Shown here in pieces: positions 24,785 to 38,430 of a stretch of 64,000 bases of DNA; the stretch's first letter is position 1; each line of letters opens with the position of its first letter. Made by a program: the position numbers and the translations under genes. The stretch is taken from assembly GCA_002269645.1 (NCBI GenBank), contig NIVC01000462.1:649516-713515 (forward strand). Reading direction: 5' to 3'. Below the pieces are notes generated by a model. The model ran no database searches. It worked only from the letters and a program-made list of their open reading frames with translations, and was not told the DNA's origin. The stretch is from Macrostomum lignano. Lineage: Eukaryota.

Positions 24785-25530
24785 CAGGGGCGTCGCCAAC
24801 GGGAGGGGGACAGGGGGACATGTCGCCTCCAGTAAAAGATCTGAGGGGACATGCCAATGCTTTGTCCCCCCACCCCTACCTTGTGGCCCGTTGTGAAAAT
24901 CAATAACAATTGCTGCATGGTGACAAAATAGCGCCTGCGGCGCTGAAATGAGTGCCTGCGGCGCTGAAATGAGTGCCTGCGGCGCTGAAATGAGTGCCTG
25001 CCGCGCTAAAATGAGTGCCTGCGGCGCTAAAATGAGTGCCTGCGGCGCTGAAATGAGTGCCTGCGGCGCTGAAATGAGTGCCTGCGGCGCTGAAATGAGT
25101 GCCTGCGGCGCTAAAATGAGTGCCTGCGGCGCTAAAATGAGTGCCTGCCGCGCTAAAATGAGTGCCTGCGGCGCTAAAATGAGTGCCTGCCGCGCTAAAA
25201 TGAGTGCCTGCGGCGCTAAAATGAGTGCCTGCCGCGCTAAAATGAGTGCCTGCGGCGCTGAAATGAGTGCCTGCGGCGCTAAAATGAGTGCCTGCCGCGC
25301 TAAAATGAGTGCCTGCGGCGCTAAAATGAGTGCCTGCGGCGCTGAAATGAGTGCCTGCCGCGCTGAAATGAGTGCCTGCGGCGCTGAAATGAGTGCCTGC
25401 AATGCTAAAATGAGTGCCTGCCGCGCTGAAATGAGTGCCTGCGGCGCTGAAATGAGTGCCTGCCGCGCTGAAATGAGTGCCTGCAATGCTAAAATGAGTG
25501 CCTGCAATGCTAAAATGAGTGCCTGCAATG
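24785..25530 (+). mobile_element. Small non-autonomous element with an expanded 21-bp minisatellite (array ~24930-25512)
   Basis: Homologous to 11045-11423; about 27 units versus about 9. Confidence 0.7.
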
Positions 25531-25948
25531 CCGATTCCGAAAATAATGTAAGTAGTATGCATGAGGGGGCTTCCAGGACAATTTTTGTTAAATCTCCCCT
25601 TAGATCAACATCTACTAAGATCTATTCATAAATAATGCGCTTACACCTAAAATCAGCCATCCCAATGCAATACTTACAACCACTCATCTAAGGGGGATAA
25701 AAAAGTCACCCACCCCTTCCATAAAACAACCTAATCCCATTTAGATCGACATCTACTACGATCTATTCATATGCAATGCACTGACAGTTATAATCAGCTA
25801 TCACCATGCAATACCTACACCTGTTTATCTTAAATGGGAAAACTAGTCGATTCCATAATCGATTCTAGCTAGCATGACTAAGCATTTTTTAGCCTGAACT
25901 AAACTGCGCATAACCAAGGCTCCTCAACCACAACCGCTACTGAACTAC

Positions 25949-26351
25949 CTAAACCATCCTTAGACTTAAAATAATTTCCTTGTAGCTCATTCTGGTTTTC
26001 GTCATCGCATATAAAAAAGTCATGCACAGCTCTCCACAGGTGTCACTGTTAAGATCTTGAAGTATAAAGTCTGAGCGGTAAATTTTTGCCCTTTAAAGTA
26101 ATTTCTCAATTCTTCAGGTGGGGCTGTTCCATAGCTATCAAAGTAGTATTATGTATGCTTGCGATCAGGATCAATCAACCAACAGACCCAATGAGAACCT
26201 GGTTTGTCAAAAGTGTCAAAGTTCATGATACCGCATTCCTTTTTTATGGTATTGATTGATTTTGGAAGCGTATCTCTCATAAAGACCCCTCGGAAGCTTG
26301 GAATATCTCAAATTCATTAGCTAAATCTTGAAGAAAAGTATACGTTGTCAT
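25949..26351 (-). pseudogene. Maverick/Polinton adenain-like cysteine protease, frameshifted
   Basis: IPSFRGVFMRDTLP...ECGIMNFD...PGSHWVCW...YYFDSYG..PPEEL...QDLNSDTCGELC (H/D/Q/C catalytic motifs). Confidence 0.85.
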
Positions 26352-26369
26352 TTTTAGATTTTATTAAAT

Positions 26370-27110
26370 AAAAACCTTTTTCTCGCCACCTCCAATGACC
26401 AAAGGGTAGACTTTCAATGTTGCCATCTAAGACAAATCGTTTGTTGTCTGCACCTGAAAGACCAATCTTCTTTCTTTGAATTGTATAAACCACGAGTACA
26501 TGGTCTTCTGACTGCAGTTTGGAGAATTTTGCCAGGCCAGGTCTCTATATTCGACTTCTTTTAACTCATTTTGAACTACATGCTTGGGAATACCTTTCGA
26601 TCTTTTAATAGGTTCTGAGTCCTCACATTTTATAAAGTAGGACTTTGCCCTCAGACCGATGAATTCGCTGATGATGTCCCCAGCCTTTTCATCTTTCATT
26701 TTCCCTAGGATTTTTTTATTTTGGGTGGAAAGTCAGAGAAGTAGTTATGCAGTTCTGTTGGGATCTCTACATCCACCTCATAAATTGCAGGTGCTGAGAA
26801 GTCCCATTCAATTTTTTCAAGCCACCTGAAATTTCCAACGGGTAACTCCTGATTCATTGCCCAACCATGGAGATTATTAGCATCTAGGTAGCTAATATAA
26901 TTTAAGGGTTGTTCCTTATTATAATCTTCAATGTAGGGGTTATTCGCTTTAGCATGCCTATGGAGGACACAGACAGAGATGCCCCTCTTTTCGAACTTTC
27001 GACAAAATTGTACATATCTATATCCGTTAAGAGTTCAATGTACCAATCTGTATCTTGATCCCATTTCATTTTCAACAATGATTCCCAGCTAGTGACAGGC
27101 AAAGACACAA
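26370..27110 (-). pseudogene. Maverick/Polinton protein-primed DNA polymerase B fragment
   Basis: ELLTDIDMYNFVE..KRG, YLDANNLHGWAM...LP, GKMKDE..G.II.EFIGLRAKSY, DNKRFVLDG...LPFGH. Internal deletion at ~26720. Confidence 0.9.
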
Positions 27111-27670
27111 AATGCGCAGGGAAGAAGTTTATCCAAGAAGTTTAACCAAGAAGTTTAGCATTATGAGCAATTGTAATAACCATCCTGAGAAGCTTTGCTT
27201 AGTGTAGAATTCTGACACTGTCCATCCGTAAACTAAACCATTGCTGATCGAGACGGGAGTCAGATCCTCTTCCTATGAGACACTGCACAAACGACTGCCA
27301 CCCAATAGCCGTGGCTTCCCCAAGCGTTGATTCCCAAAGCAGCTAGCGGGAAAATGAAAGCCCCATCAGTCAGAAACAATAGCAGCTGAGACTGGGGTGG
27401 GTGGTGGGAGCCTGGGTCATGGCTTAGAAGAGTTCTCTTTCTCTCTGTGGCTAAGAGCCGCCCCTGAGTCAGTCTAGTAGCAAAATCCCCTCCCCTAGTT
27501 GATCATTGCCATTGCTTCCATCCCCGAACAGCCACCCCTGCCGGCGCCCCAACCCCCAGGTTCTCAATCTGCATCCGCGCCGCTCCCGGGATTCTGGGCC
27601 ACCGACGCAGGTTTCAACTCCGCTTCATTGTCGCCTAATTGCCACAGGAATCGCTGAATACGCTGCCAAA

Positions 27671-28297
27671 ATGCTGAGCAAGACCAACTCAATCTTTCTC
27701 GGACTTGGCGTCCTCGCTTTCTTAGTTGGTAAGCTGGCTGAAGCATGTAAAATATACAGTCGTTTGTACTCCAATAAAGTAAACAGATTTTATTATTATC
27801 AGCTAAATCTGTTCACACGCAGGTGTCGGACACGCCATTAAGTGTCTGGCATACACCCACGCGGGCATTGAAGACCTTCGCGGCACCCCCATTGTACTGG
27901 AGTGCGGTAGCAACGTGACCACCTGCAGCAAGATGATTTCTGTTCAAAATCACACGGCTTCGAGCATGACCTTTAAATTCAATGTCAGCTTTACTGTGAG
28001 TAATCGATGAATGAGCTAATTAAGTTAGTTCTGTCTCAGAATTTTCGCCCCCATCCAAAGCAGCTGTGAACTCAACCGCACTCGCATTCTCAGGTCTACA
28101 CTGGCTTTTGCGGTGGCTGCTCTTCCAGCTTGCCGTCTGGTTTCACCTGCACCACCTGCAACACCGACCAGTGCAACTCCGCCTTCGCCGCTGTGCTGAC
28201 TGCGCCGTGCAACTCCGATTTCGCCTCTGTGCGCGCCGCCGCCCTGCTGACCCTGGCTCTGCCGCTGCTGATGGCCGCCGCCCTGCGCAGCTTCTGA
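27671..28297 (+). CDS. GPI-anchored Ly6/uPAR (three-finger)-like protein, 144 aa; exons 27671-27728, 27823-27995, 28094-28297
   Basis: Signal peptide MLSKTNSIFLGLGVLAFLVG. GT-AG introns in consistent phases (1, 0). IKC...C...TTC.K...GFC..C...CTTCNTDQCN. Hydrophobic C-terminal GPI-type signal. Confidence 0.85.
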
Positions 28298-28415
28298 AAG
28301 CAGCACGCGAACCCGAGAGTTCTAAGAGAGAATGAAACGCTTTGAAATGTTCCACAAAAACTTTGATAGCGTTCCCTGATATTCAACATCGATTTCTGTT
28401 ACACAAAGCAAATTA

Positions 28416-29370
28416 CACTCCGAATCTCTCCTGACATTCACTCCGAATCCCTGCAGACATTCACTCCGAATCTCTCCTGACATTCACTCCGAATCCCTGC
28501 AGACATTCACTCCGAATCTCTCCTGACATTCACTCCGAATCCCTGCAGACATTCACTCCGAATCTCTCCTGACATTCACTCCGAATCCTTGCTGACATTC
28601 ACTCCGAATCTCTCCTGACATTCACTCCGAATCCCTGCAGACATTCACTCCGAATCTCTCCTGACATTCACTCCGAATCCCTGCAGACATTCACTCCGAA
28701 TCTCTCCTGACATTCACTCCGAATCCCTGCAGACATTCACTCCGAATCTCTCCTGACATTCACTCCGAATCCTTGCTGACATTCACTCCGAATCTCTCCT
28801 GACATTCACTCCGAATCCCTGCTGACATTCACTCCGAATCTCTCCTGACATTCACTCCGAATCCCTGCTGACATTCACTCCGAATCTCTCCTGACATTCA
28901 CTCCGAATCCCTGCAGACATTCACTCCGAATCCCTGCTGACATTCACTCCGAATCTCTCCTGACATTCACTCCGAATCTCTCCTGACATTCACTCCGAAT
29001 CTCTCCTGACATTCACTCCGAATCTCTGCTGACATTCACTCCGAATCTCTCCTGACACTCACTCCGAATCTCTCCTGACATTCACTCCGAATCTCTCCTG
29101 ACATTCACTCCGAATCTCTCCTGACATTCACTCCGAATCTCTCCTGACACTCACTCCGAATCCCTGCTGACATTCACTCCGAATCTCTCCTGACATTCAC
29201 TCCGAATCCCTGCTGACATTCACTCCGAATCTCTCCTGACACTCACTCCGAATCTCTCCTGACACTCACTCCGAATCTCTCCTGACATTCACTCCGAATC
29301 TCTCCTGACATTCACTCCGAATCTCTCCTGACATTCACTCCGAATCTCTCCTGACACTCACTCCAAATCT
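28416..29370. repeat. 23-bp minisatellite (CACTCCGAATCTCTCCTGACATT)n, partly as alternating 46-bp dimers
   Basis: Direct tandem array just downstream of the Ly6-like stop codon. Confidence 0.95.
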
Positions 29371-29419
29371 CTTTTGGCCTTCACTCCGGAGTGGTATAGG
29401 GAATTTACGAGTATAGCAA

Positions 29420-29616
29420 ACCATCACTTTATTTTGAAAAAATACTTTTTCTTATGACCCCCACACCAGAGCATTTTTTGCTTTTTTCAAACTTCATATT
29501 TTACTCTTGATTCCATATTTAAACTATCCTTACTTCCTTTTTTCAATTTTTAAAAGTTAAAATTGCGCTGCGGGGGGTCATAAGAAAAAGTATTTTTTTC
29601 AAAATAAAGTGATGGT
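29420..29616. mobile_element. MITE-like short foldback with ~45-bp TIRs
   Basis: ACCATCACTTTATTTTGAAAAAATACTTTTTCTTATGACCCC is inverted at ~29574-29616. Confidence 0.7.
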
Positions 29617-30620
29617 GTGCTTTAACGTAAGGTTACGCTTACTCTATACTACTACTCTCAAAAACTCGTACTATTCTAAGTCTAGATGCAGACATCAACT
29701 GATTCTCACATCAGTACGTACCTTTTGGATGAAGGGAGAACTTACAATCCCCAACACTGCTCTGTACAGCTTCTATTGTTCTAAAAAATAGGGAACTTCC
29801 CCACAGCTTCTCTTGTACCCAGGAAGGGAGAACTACGTTTGTCTATACGTGGATCCAACAGTACTCTAAAAATCTCTTACCCAATCTAGTTGCTAGAACG
29901 GGAAATTGACGCGGCGCACACTGACCAGTTGCAGGCCGCCCTCAAGATAAGCGACGACGGAGTCAATCACTCCGTCGTTTACTTCCATGCCGCCTAGCCT
30001 GATCCGTTCAAGTGAACTCGTGACAGGCATTCGAGTTGTACTGTCAGTAGCCGCTGTAGGAGGTGCTGCGGTGCTGCGGTGCCCAGATTTTCCTTGTTGA
30101 GTGTTTTCTGGGTGTTACAAGTCTGTCTTTTGTATTGCGTTATATTTACGCAAGTTGTGTGCCGTGCACTCTCGGCTCTTGCAGCCGTTGCTCTTATCAG
30201 AGTCTTCTTGAATACTTATGTATTTCTATTTTTCACGAAGGCTCTTTGACACTTGCGCCAACTAATCGCAGTACAGGCAAATAAACTTGTCTATGGCAAT
30301 TACAAATTAAAGTTCAATCTGCTCGGGCAGAAGCCAGCCCGCAGCACTGGGCAACCATCAACCCCTTTCCTTTCGTACCTTTGGTCTTACCTCTACTGAA
30401 CAGTCTAGTGATCTAGATCTACTGATCGATGGTCTCGATAACTTTACGAAATGATTATAATAATGAATTTTAAATGCCAGAAACGCTACTTTAAGCAGTA
30501 CCCTCAGCACATTACAATATAACTGATTCCGCGAAGATCTTTGCTAAAATACGACTATAAAAGCCCAAGGAAGAAACACTTTCTAGCAGCTGCCTTCCTT
30601 CCCGGCCCAAAAATTCTCAA

Positions 30621-31344
30621 ATGATTTCATACTTTGCAAGCCTCGCTGTCCTGGTGGCCTGCGTTGCCAGCAGGTCAACCCAGGTGTCCTACATTGGCTG
30701 CTTTGTGGACAATGAGACCAGAGATCTGAGAGGACTCACTGGAGTGAGCAGAATCGGACAGTTCAGCATCGAAAGCTTCACGCTGAGCAGCCTTAATATG
30801 ACACACGAGCTCTGCAGCAGCGTCTGCTCTCTGGGCGGCTTCCCGTACTTCAGTGTGCAGGCCAATTATCATTGTTTCTGCGGCAGCTCCTACGGATCTC
30901 TCGGAACTGCAAACGAGACCGACTGCAACGGCGTCTGCGGTGGAAACGGAGCTCAAATGTGCGGAGCCTCGTGGCGAAACTCAGTCTTCGCCCTAACCTA
31001 CCCGGGTGAGTGAGCTCAGTGTGAGCAGTTCTGATTTTACCTCTATGTTTTCAGCGTCTTTAAGTAGAATTTATGATCAACTCTAACAGAAATTTTCTAC
31101 ACTTTCAGGCAAAAAGTATTTTGAGCAGACGCAGATGCCAAACCAGACGGTGGAGTCCACCCAGAGCACCTACTGGACCAGCGCTGCCAAAATCAAGGCC
31201 GAGTGCTTGATGATGTGCGAGGCCTCAGCTGACTGTCAGGCTGTGATTTTCTCTGGCCAGCAGCACCTGTGCCACCTGCTGAGGTTCGCCTACCCGCCTG
31301 CCAGTCTGAGCAGCACCGATGGAGACTTCTTCGTGCGAGGCTGA
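30621..31344 (+). CDS. Secreted WSC + PAN/Apple-like protein E; exons 30621-31005 and 31109-31344
   Basis: Signal peptide, WSC domain, GTGAG donor, TTTCAG acceptor, in-frame PAN-like exon ending FVRG*. TATA at 30556. Confidence 0.9.
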
Positions 31345-31896
31345 GCTCACAGTCAAGCATTTAGCGTTGGAATAATTCAGCTCCTAAGGCTTCTAGACTG
31401 GACAAAATATTTTGAAAGAATTTGAAAATTTGTCTAAACTACTTCATTGGGAGTTTTTTAAAGAAAAAAATGTAATAATTAACTTGCTAACTTCATATTC
31501 GGTTTTAAGCAACAAGAAGGAAATACACAGTGCGTGACAAGCTTCAACCAGCTACCGCAAGCAATACTCTTCAAAATATGCATCTTTTTTCAGTGCCAAA
31601 AGTGTTCTGCCTTGTAAAGCATATAGTTAAACAAAGCCGTCCTAGAATCCCTTGGGCATCCCTGCCCGCTGCCATTTTTACCTAACTAGCTGGCGGAGCC
31701 TTCTCCTGAAAGCTATTGTGCTTGCTTAGCTTTGGAACGTTGGAAGTAATTAATTATTAATCTGTGAGTTTCTTGACAACGCGGAGCTGCAAAGCTATTC
31801 GGGGCCTTACTGTTGATTAGCAACTAAGAGAACTTTTTCCAGCTCAGTAAGCAATCTTTTGCTAATTAATGGAACCTGACGCACTCCTTGTTTTCT

Positions 31897-31944
<48 letters not shown>
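31897..31944. repeat. (CAG)n microsatellite
   Basis: About 16 perfect units. Confidence 0.95.
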
Positions 31945-31950
<6 letters not shown>

Positions 31951-32207
31951 GTATAGCTTTTTGCAGCGCATTTGGGCTTTCGTGCATTGAATTTAATCCA
32001 AAATGCGTTTGCCCATGCAACGGAGATTCAAAATTCAAAATGAGAAACACTCGAATGGCCAATGGCTGCTTTATGGCTGCTGCAGCTCGCAGCAGTCTGT
32101 GGACAGAGTCTGTGGATAATCTAATCGATAAAAAAAGCCATTTTAAATGAGAATTTCTCTCATCGCGCGCAATAGCAGCAGCAAAACGTACACACAGCAG
32201 CAGCAGA

Positions 32208-32310
32208 ATGCCGCCTCAAACAAGTGAAGCAGATCGCCGTCGCCTAACCGATGCCATCAACGCTGGGCACTCCATCAAAGACGCAGCAAGGGTGCTGCAG
32301 CTGTCAATGC
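32208..32310 (+). mobile_element. Possible Tc1/IS630-like transposase N-terminal HTH remnant
   Basis: MPPQTSEADRRRLTDAINAGHSIKDAARVLQLS resembles a transposase HTH start; only ~33 aa. Confidence 0.4.
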
Positions 32311-32369
32311 TGCCATCCTTTGTTGTCTTTTGTTCTTCTGCCTTTCAATGACTCTACATTGACTTTTGT

Positions 32370-32370
32370 C

Positions 32371-32448
<78 letters not shown>

Positions 32449-32501
32449 TAGTAGTAGTGGTAGTAGTACTAGTACTAGTAGTAGTAGTAGTAGTAGTAGT
32501 G

Positions 32502-32581
<80 letters not shown>
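32370..32581. repeat. (TAG)n microsatellite
   Basis: About 70 units with a few TGG/TAC variants. Confidence 0.97.
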
Positions 32582-33009
32582 TAGTTTATACGAAACTAAG
32601 TGCTATCTTTATAAGAGTGCACTGCCATTCTCTACAAATTGTAAGATGTTTCTTCACAAAAATTCCTTTCTAGCTACTATACAGTAGACGGTCTCTCATG
32701 TTATTGACATTTCTTCTCAGACAATAGAGCAGTAGACGTGTAAAATTCCATAGTACACAGGCCAAGCGTTTCCAAAAGTGTCTTAAGTTTAAGAACGTTG
32801 ATGGAGTTTCCATCTTAGACAATTAGTACCCAAGAGCGAACCAAGGCAGTACACTGCTGTGTACAAATGTTTTTAAAATGAGACTAAAACTCTTACGTAG
32901 CTACTGACTTGAAGCAGCACGTCCTGAAAATCGTTGAAAAACAGACAGACAAAAGTGCTATAAAATCAAGGTAGGCTGGACCATAGACAGCAGGCGAGTA
33001 CTTTCTGAC

Positions 33010-33360
33010 TGATAGATAAGCAAGCCTAGGTTGCGAGGCCCCTATCGCAACCCCAAGATAAAGAAACCAAGGTTCAACCTCGGGGGTGCGTCCAGCTCAC
33101 GCCAGTAGTCAACAGGTTTGCAGGGGAGACATCGGCGACCCACATCCAGCCGGTATCTCGGACGAAAGCGCGAAGGTCACGGATGTTGTCCGGGATGGTC
33201 AGCTCGTTCATCCACTTGGGGTGGCCGACGTATTTGTGCCTTGCCTTATTGAGGTAAGGGCAGAAGGTGACGTAATGCTCCGTAGTCTCCTCTCCTATGC
33301 CACAGAGGGACAAGTGGGGGCTGGAACCGGTTTGCAACGAGATGGTTGCACGTAGCCCAC
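33010..33360 (-). mobile_element. 3' end of a non-LTR retrotransposon (C-terminal CCHC finger)
   Basis: [17 protein letters not shown]....R matches the CxxC...ETxxH....C motif of LINE ORF2 C-termini. Confidence 0.65.
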
Positions 33361-34776
33361 CTAGGCCGTTAATTATAGCCTAGGCGTGTTGAAACGGGCT
33401 GAAACGCACGGCATCCGCCCGCTGCAATTATCTATGGCCGACTTCCATAAGTAAAAACTCGTATGCATATAAGTATCTAGTTAATGGGCGGTATGAATAA
33501 AAATCGAGAAAATCTCGGCAGAAATTCTTGTAAGCCAAGATAAAAAGGAAAATATTTTCTTAACTGTCGAGATTTTCACGCGTAGAAATTCTCTCAAGCT
33601 AAAAAAATCTGCAAAAGACATGAATAAAGTTTTCTTGGCTTGCAAGACTTTCTCGCAAGAATTTATGCAGCAAATTGTCGTCTATGGGCCAACCTGGGCA
33701 GGGTTGGGTGGAATCTCGAGAGACAGAAATAAGACTGGGTGCACTGTGCTCTGATGTACGCCAGTCTCTTTCGCAACGCCCGACTGGAAGACAAAGCACC
33801 ACCTCTGGTCTCTGTTGATTCCCGCAAAAAGTTCTCTGCCAGGAAGGACACGTGTTCCTCAGAAAACCGATGCAGCTGTTGGTATGTGCGCCAGGCGGAG
33901 AGGCCTGTCGTGGCTGATACGCCTTGCGCTTCCTTATTAATGCAAACATTTCAAATCTAAAGCAAAAAAATTCAGTGATAGAAATTCAGTGTCTGAGCTT
34001 TAGAAGAAGAAGCTCGTCAAAAACTCTAGTTTTTACACAGACATTGAGAAAATTGTGATTTTATTCATACGAGAGCGAGAAAATCTTTTTCTTCACAGAT
34101 TTTCTTAGCAATATTTTCTTGTCTCAAAATCTCAAGAAAATCTTCAGAAGAAATTCTCGCGAGAAAAAGTAATTTTCTTATTCAAAAAGGCAAGAAATTC
34201 TCGCTTTCTTGCAAGAAAAAAGTTTCTTAATAAATGCTTAGTATCAGTTACGATTTTTTAAATTCGAAGAATAAGGAGTTTTGGCCATAGACAATTTTTT
34301 AGATTTCATTCTTTCCTTCTTTGTCTAGAGTGCTGGTGTGCAAATGTGGAAGTTCCGCCCCAACACCCCCGCAAGGCGCTCAGCGCCCCCTTGACCCCAC
34401 TCTCTTCTGACTTTGCCATAGACATTTTGAGAGGGCCGTGAAACCGACTGAATACATTGGAGTAAGTGGGATTTTACCATGGACAGTCTCGAAAATCCCT
34501 TAAATTTTGCTGGATGCAAAGCGCTTTTATAGCGCAGTGAAAAAAATCTGGATTAAATGGCGTGATTTCGACTTGTTTCGAATTTGTGAATTTGAATTGC
34601 ATTCAACTACCAGAAAACCTGTGCTTGCTGTACCTTGGCAGGGTTGTACCCTGGGACCTCTGATTGGTCGAACAGCGATGCGCTACGAGTATCTCTTAAA
34701 AAGTCTGTTGGCTCTTATCTGCCTGGCAATTCACAACTGCCGAATTCGTGCTTCAAGTTCCTCTCCTAGCGGAGAA

Positions 34777-35518
34777 ATGTTCCGCCCAGCAGCGACTCTC
34801 TCCGTTCTGTTCTGCACTGCATTCCTGCTGACTTGCGTCACCTGCAGACTCGTCAGCTTCTCCTACCTGGGCTGCTATAAAGACAATCCGTCCACCAGAG
34901 ACCTGAACGGGCTCAGTGGAGTCAGCAAGATCGGCGGGTTCAGTGTCCATCACCCTTCTGGTAGTGTCTATTTGAGCATGATGTCGCACAAGCTGTGCAG
35001 CAGCATCTGCTCGATCGGCAGCTTCTCGTACTTTGGGGTGCAGTACGGGGATGAGTGCTACTGCGGCAACTCCTTCGGATCCCATGGCTTGGCGAGCGAA
35101 GCCGACTGCAGCATGGATTGCCCAGGAAACGCGGTGCAGAAATGCGGCGGGTCCAACAGAAACTCCGTGTTCTCACTGAGCTACCCAGGTACTGTTCTGA
35201 TTTCTAAAGCTCAGTGCCTATAGTCAGTTTAAAAACATGTTTACTAATGAGAAGCTGCATCTACCTCCAATTTCAGTTTCGGACAACAACACCTACACGG
35301 TAGTGAAGCAGTCCAGCCCTCCCGTGACATCCGGTGCCACCTCCGTCTGGCCTGTCGCTGCCCAGTCCGTCGAGGACTGCCTGCTCCGGTGCAGCGCCAG
35401 AGCCGACTGCCGGGCCGCCGTTTTCTCCCGACAGGAGCTCGCCTGCCGCCTGCTGGAGTTCGTGTACCCGCCTGGCCACCTGAGCGGGCCCGAGTGGACT
35501 CTGTTCGTGCGTGGCTGA
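34777..35518 (+). CDS. Secreted WSC + PAN/Apple-like protein D; exons 34777-35188 and 35277-35518
   Basis: Paralogue of C with the same intron position and phase, and an intact frame. Confidence 0.9.
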
Positions 35519-35982
35519 GCTCGAGGCGTGCAGTGACCGACTGGCTCTGTTGATGAGCTGAGCATTGACTCAAGCAAACCGTATCAAACCGTCTTTGATG
35601 CGAAGTCCCACAGCCCTGATCTAACTAAAAATAAAAGCCTTAAAAATATTTGTGACGCTACAGGCATGACTAAATTCGGTAGATTGCTTTCGCCCTACCG
35701 GTACAGTCACTCAAAGTCAGTGTGTAACTGACTTTACGTTTACTAACTCATCGTGTAACCAACCGAAAGTTGCAGGAGCAAGTACTCAACGCCACCGAGT
35801 GTTTGAATTGCTAACGCTCAATTAGCTAATGGGCGTTACTTTGCAGAATTAGAAGTAATCATTAGGAATGAATGTGTATACTGCATTAGCAAATGATGCA
35901 TTACATTAATTAATGCATTTCAGCTGGGAGACATTCCTGTTGCTACCCAAATTATGTTTCAGTCACAGTGGACTTTAATTCG

Positions 35983-36016
<34 letters not shown>

Positions 36017-37199
36017 AATTCAGCCAATACTGGTACCATTTTACGGCTAGGTGAACTGAAGAAATGCGGAGTGAAGTGTCTTGCTGTCAAGGACACAAAT
36101 TGTTCCGATTGGGTTGAGAATCGAAGCCCCGACCTTTCAGTCGTGAGTTGTGAGCGCGGTGTGAATTTATTTCCACAATGTATGCTTCTCAGTGCACTAT
36201 AGCTTTGAGAGAAAATTCATTAGAGAAATAGCTGAATGATCAGGTACCATAAGCACTCACTGATTTGCAACGGTATTAAAAATCCAATGTCATAAAGCAA
36301 CTGCACGGTAACTTGGTGGGCCGCGGACTTCTATTTTAGACTGGACGAATTTCATTTGGAAGACTACATGTAGATCATAAATTTCTGCAGCTAGTAAATA
36401 AATAATGTAGCTATCAATAGTAGTTTTCAGCTCGTTAATAGGGGTCACCTAATCTGACGAAGTCGGTGCTTTCGTATCTTTTGTATTCTTTCTTTGTTAT
36501 AGAAAACACAACGCAGTTGACTGTGAATGTGGCTACCCCCAGAGTCCGGACCTTCTCAGGATAGATATTGCAAACAAATCCTACAGAAAGCAATCAACAT
36601 AAATACAGTCTTACTCTCGACGTACGTCTCGCATCAAAGCAGCTCAAGAGCTGAGTAAACTATTGTTTGCCATTGTCGCTGACTTCAGGCAGACCAGATA
36701 GCTCAGTTGCGTTTTGTGAAGCTCCCTAGCAATCTGCCTCCCCGTTGGGAAGGCAACAAAAGAAAGGAAAAAAATATCTGAATAACCTACATTTCCAGTT
36801 TTCCCTGTGTGCTCACCATTGTTATTCTCTCAGGAAAATGATTTTTAAAGGAAAAAAGCATCCACCCTGAAAGACAGCTATCTGGCCTACGATATCAGGT
36901 CTACCAGGAGCTTTGGCTCAAAGCAGATGAGAAACCCCGATGAGCCAACGCATTTCAGCACTTCCACCCGTTAGCCTTGACATCTCAGCAATTTCTAACG
37001 AGCATTGATCGCCACAGCAATTCAGCAATCCCCCCATGAACCTTGACATTGCATCGAGTCCGCTGAGCCCAAGAACTTCATGGCAATTTCTCTGAGTCTT
37101 TGAAATCTTAGAAATTCCACCAACAGCCCTGACAATTTAGCAATTCACACCCATCAGCTTTGACATCTTTGCGATTTCCGATGAGTCTTTACGGTTGAA

Positions 37200-37910
37200 T
37201 GGGCGCTTCTTTTATGGTTGACATGTCGTGTGTTTTATGTTTCACATAATCCTCTTTTATGGTTTACATGGCGATTCCTTTATGGTTGACATATCATGTC
37301 TTTTATGCTTCACATAACCCTTTTTATGGTCGACATGTCGTGTTTTTTATGTTTCACATAACCCTTTTTTATGTTTGACATGTCGCTTCTTTGACGATTG
37401 ACATGTCGCTTCTTTTATGTTTGACATGTCGCTTCTTTTATGTTTGACATGTCGATTCTTTCAAGGTTGACATGTCGCTTCTTTTATGGTTTAGATGTCG
37501 ATTATTTTATGGTTGACATGGCGATTCTTTTATGTTTGACATGTCGCTTCTTTTATGTTTGACATGTCGATTCTATCAAGGTTGACATGTCGCTTCTTTT
37601 ATGTTTGACATATCGATTCTTTTATGTTTGACATGTCGATTTTTTATGGTTGACATGGCGATCCTTTTATGGTTGACACGTCGCTTCTTTTATGGGTGAA
37701 ATGTAACTTCTTCTATGTTTGACATGACGCTTCTTCTGTGTTTGACATGTCGCTTCTTTTATGTTTGACATATCGATTCTTTTATGTTTGACATATCCAT
37801 TCTTTTATGTTTGACATGTCGATTCTTTTATGTTTGACATATCGATTCTTTTATGTTTGACATGTCGATTTTTTATGGTTGACATGGCGATTCTTTTATG
37901 GTTGACAAGC
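37200..37910. repeat. 23-bp minisatellite (TTTGACATGTCGCTTCTTTTATG)n
   Basis: Degenerate tandem array, paralogous to 20052-20420. Confidence 0.9.
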
Positions 37911-38430
37911 GCTCTTATGTGACTCGGTAGCCGCTGATGAACTGCTCTGCCAAATTTCTTACCAGCTCGTAGTTTAACTGATCGGAATGTAGCCAGCAGT
38001 GCTTACTTACGAGTAGTCTAATTCGGACAACTGCAGTCGCATAATATATTGTATTTCTTTAACTTCATACATGTAGACGATATTATATCTTTAAAAAAAT
38101 GCATATTACAAAAGCATTAGTTGGCCCCTGCAGTCAGATATTGTTACAGCAGACGGTTGTCAAGACCCTTTCAATCTACGTCATCTAAAACCGGGATGAG
38201 CTGCAGGATGTCCTGCGACGCTGCTTTTACAACTTTGAGGTGGAATCATGGTGTTGTAAGATTTTCACCCTCGTTTATGCCAATGTTTAAGCCACTTTAA
38301 TTTAGTTTATGACATGAAAATTTGACTCTGACTTAGTTGCAAATTGCACAGCGAGAAGTCCAAGATCAGATAAGATTTGGAGGAGCGCACAGGAGGATCG
38401 TGTCTTAAAAATGAGATCTTTCGGGTATAG

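Noticed and set aside
28416-29370. CRISPR-like appearance of regularly spaced 23-46-bp repeats here and elsewhere
   Set aside because: Units are contiguous with no unique spacers, there are no cas genes, and the context is eukaryotic.
32366-32687. Poly-Ser / poly-Val ORFs
   Set aside because: Translation of a (TAG)n microsatellite.
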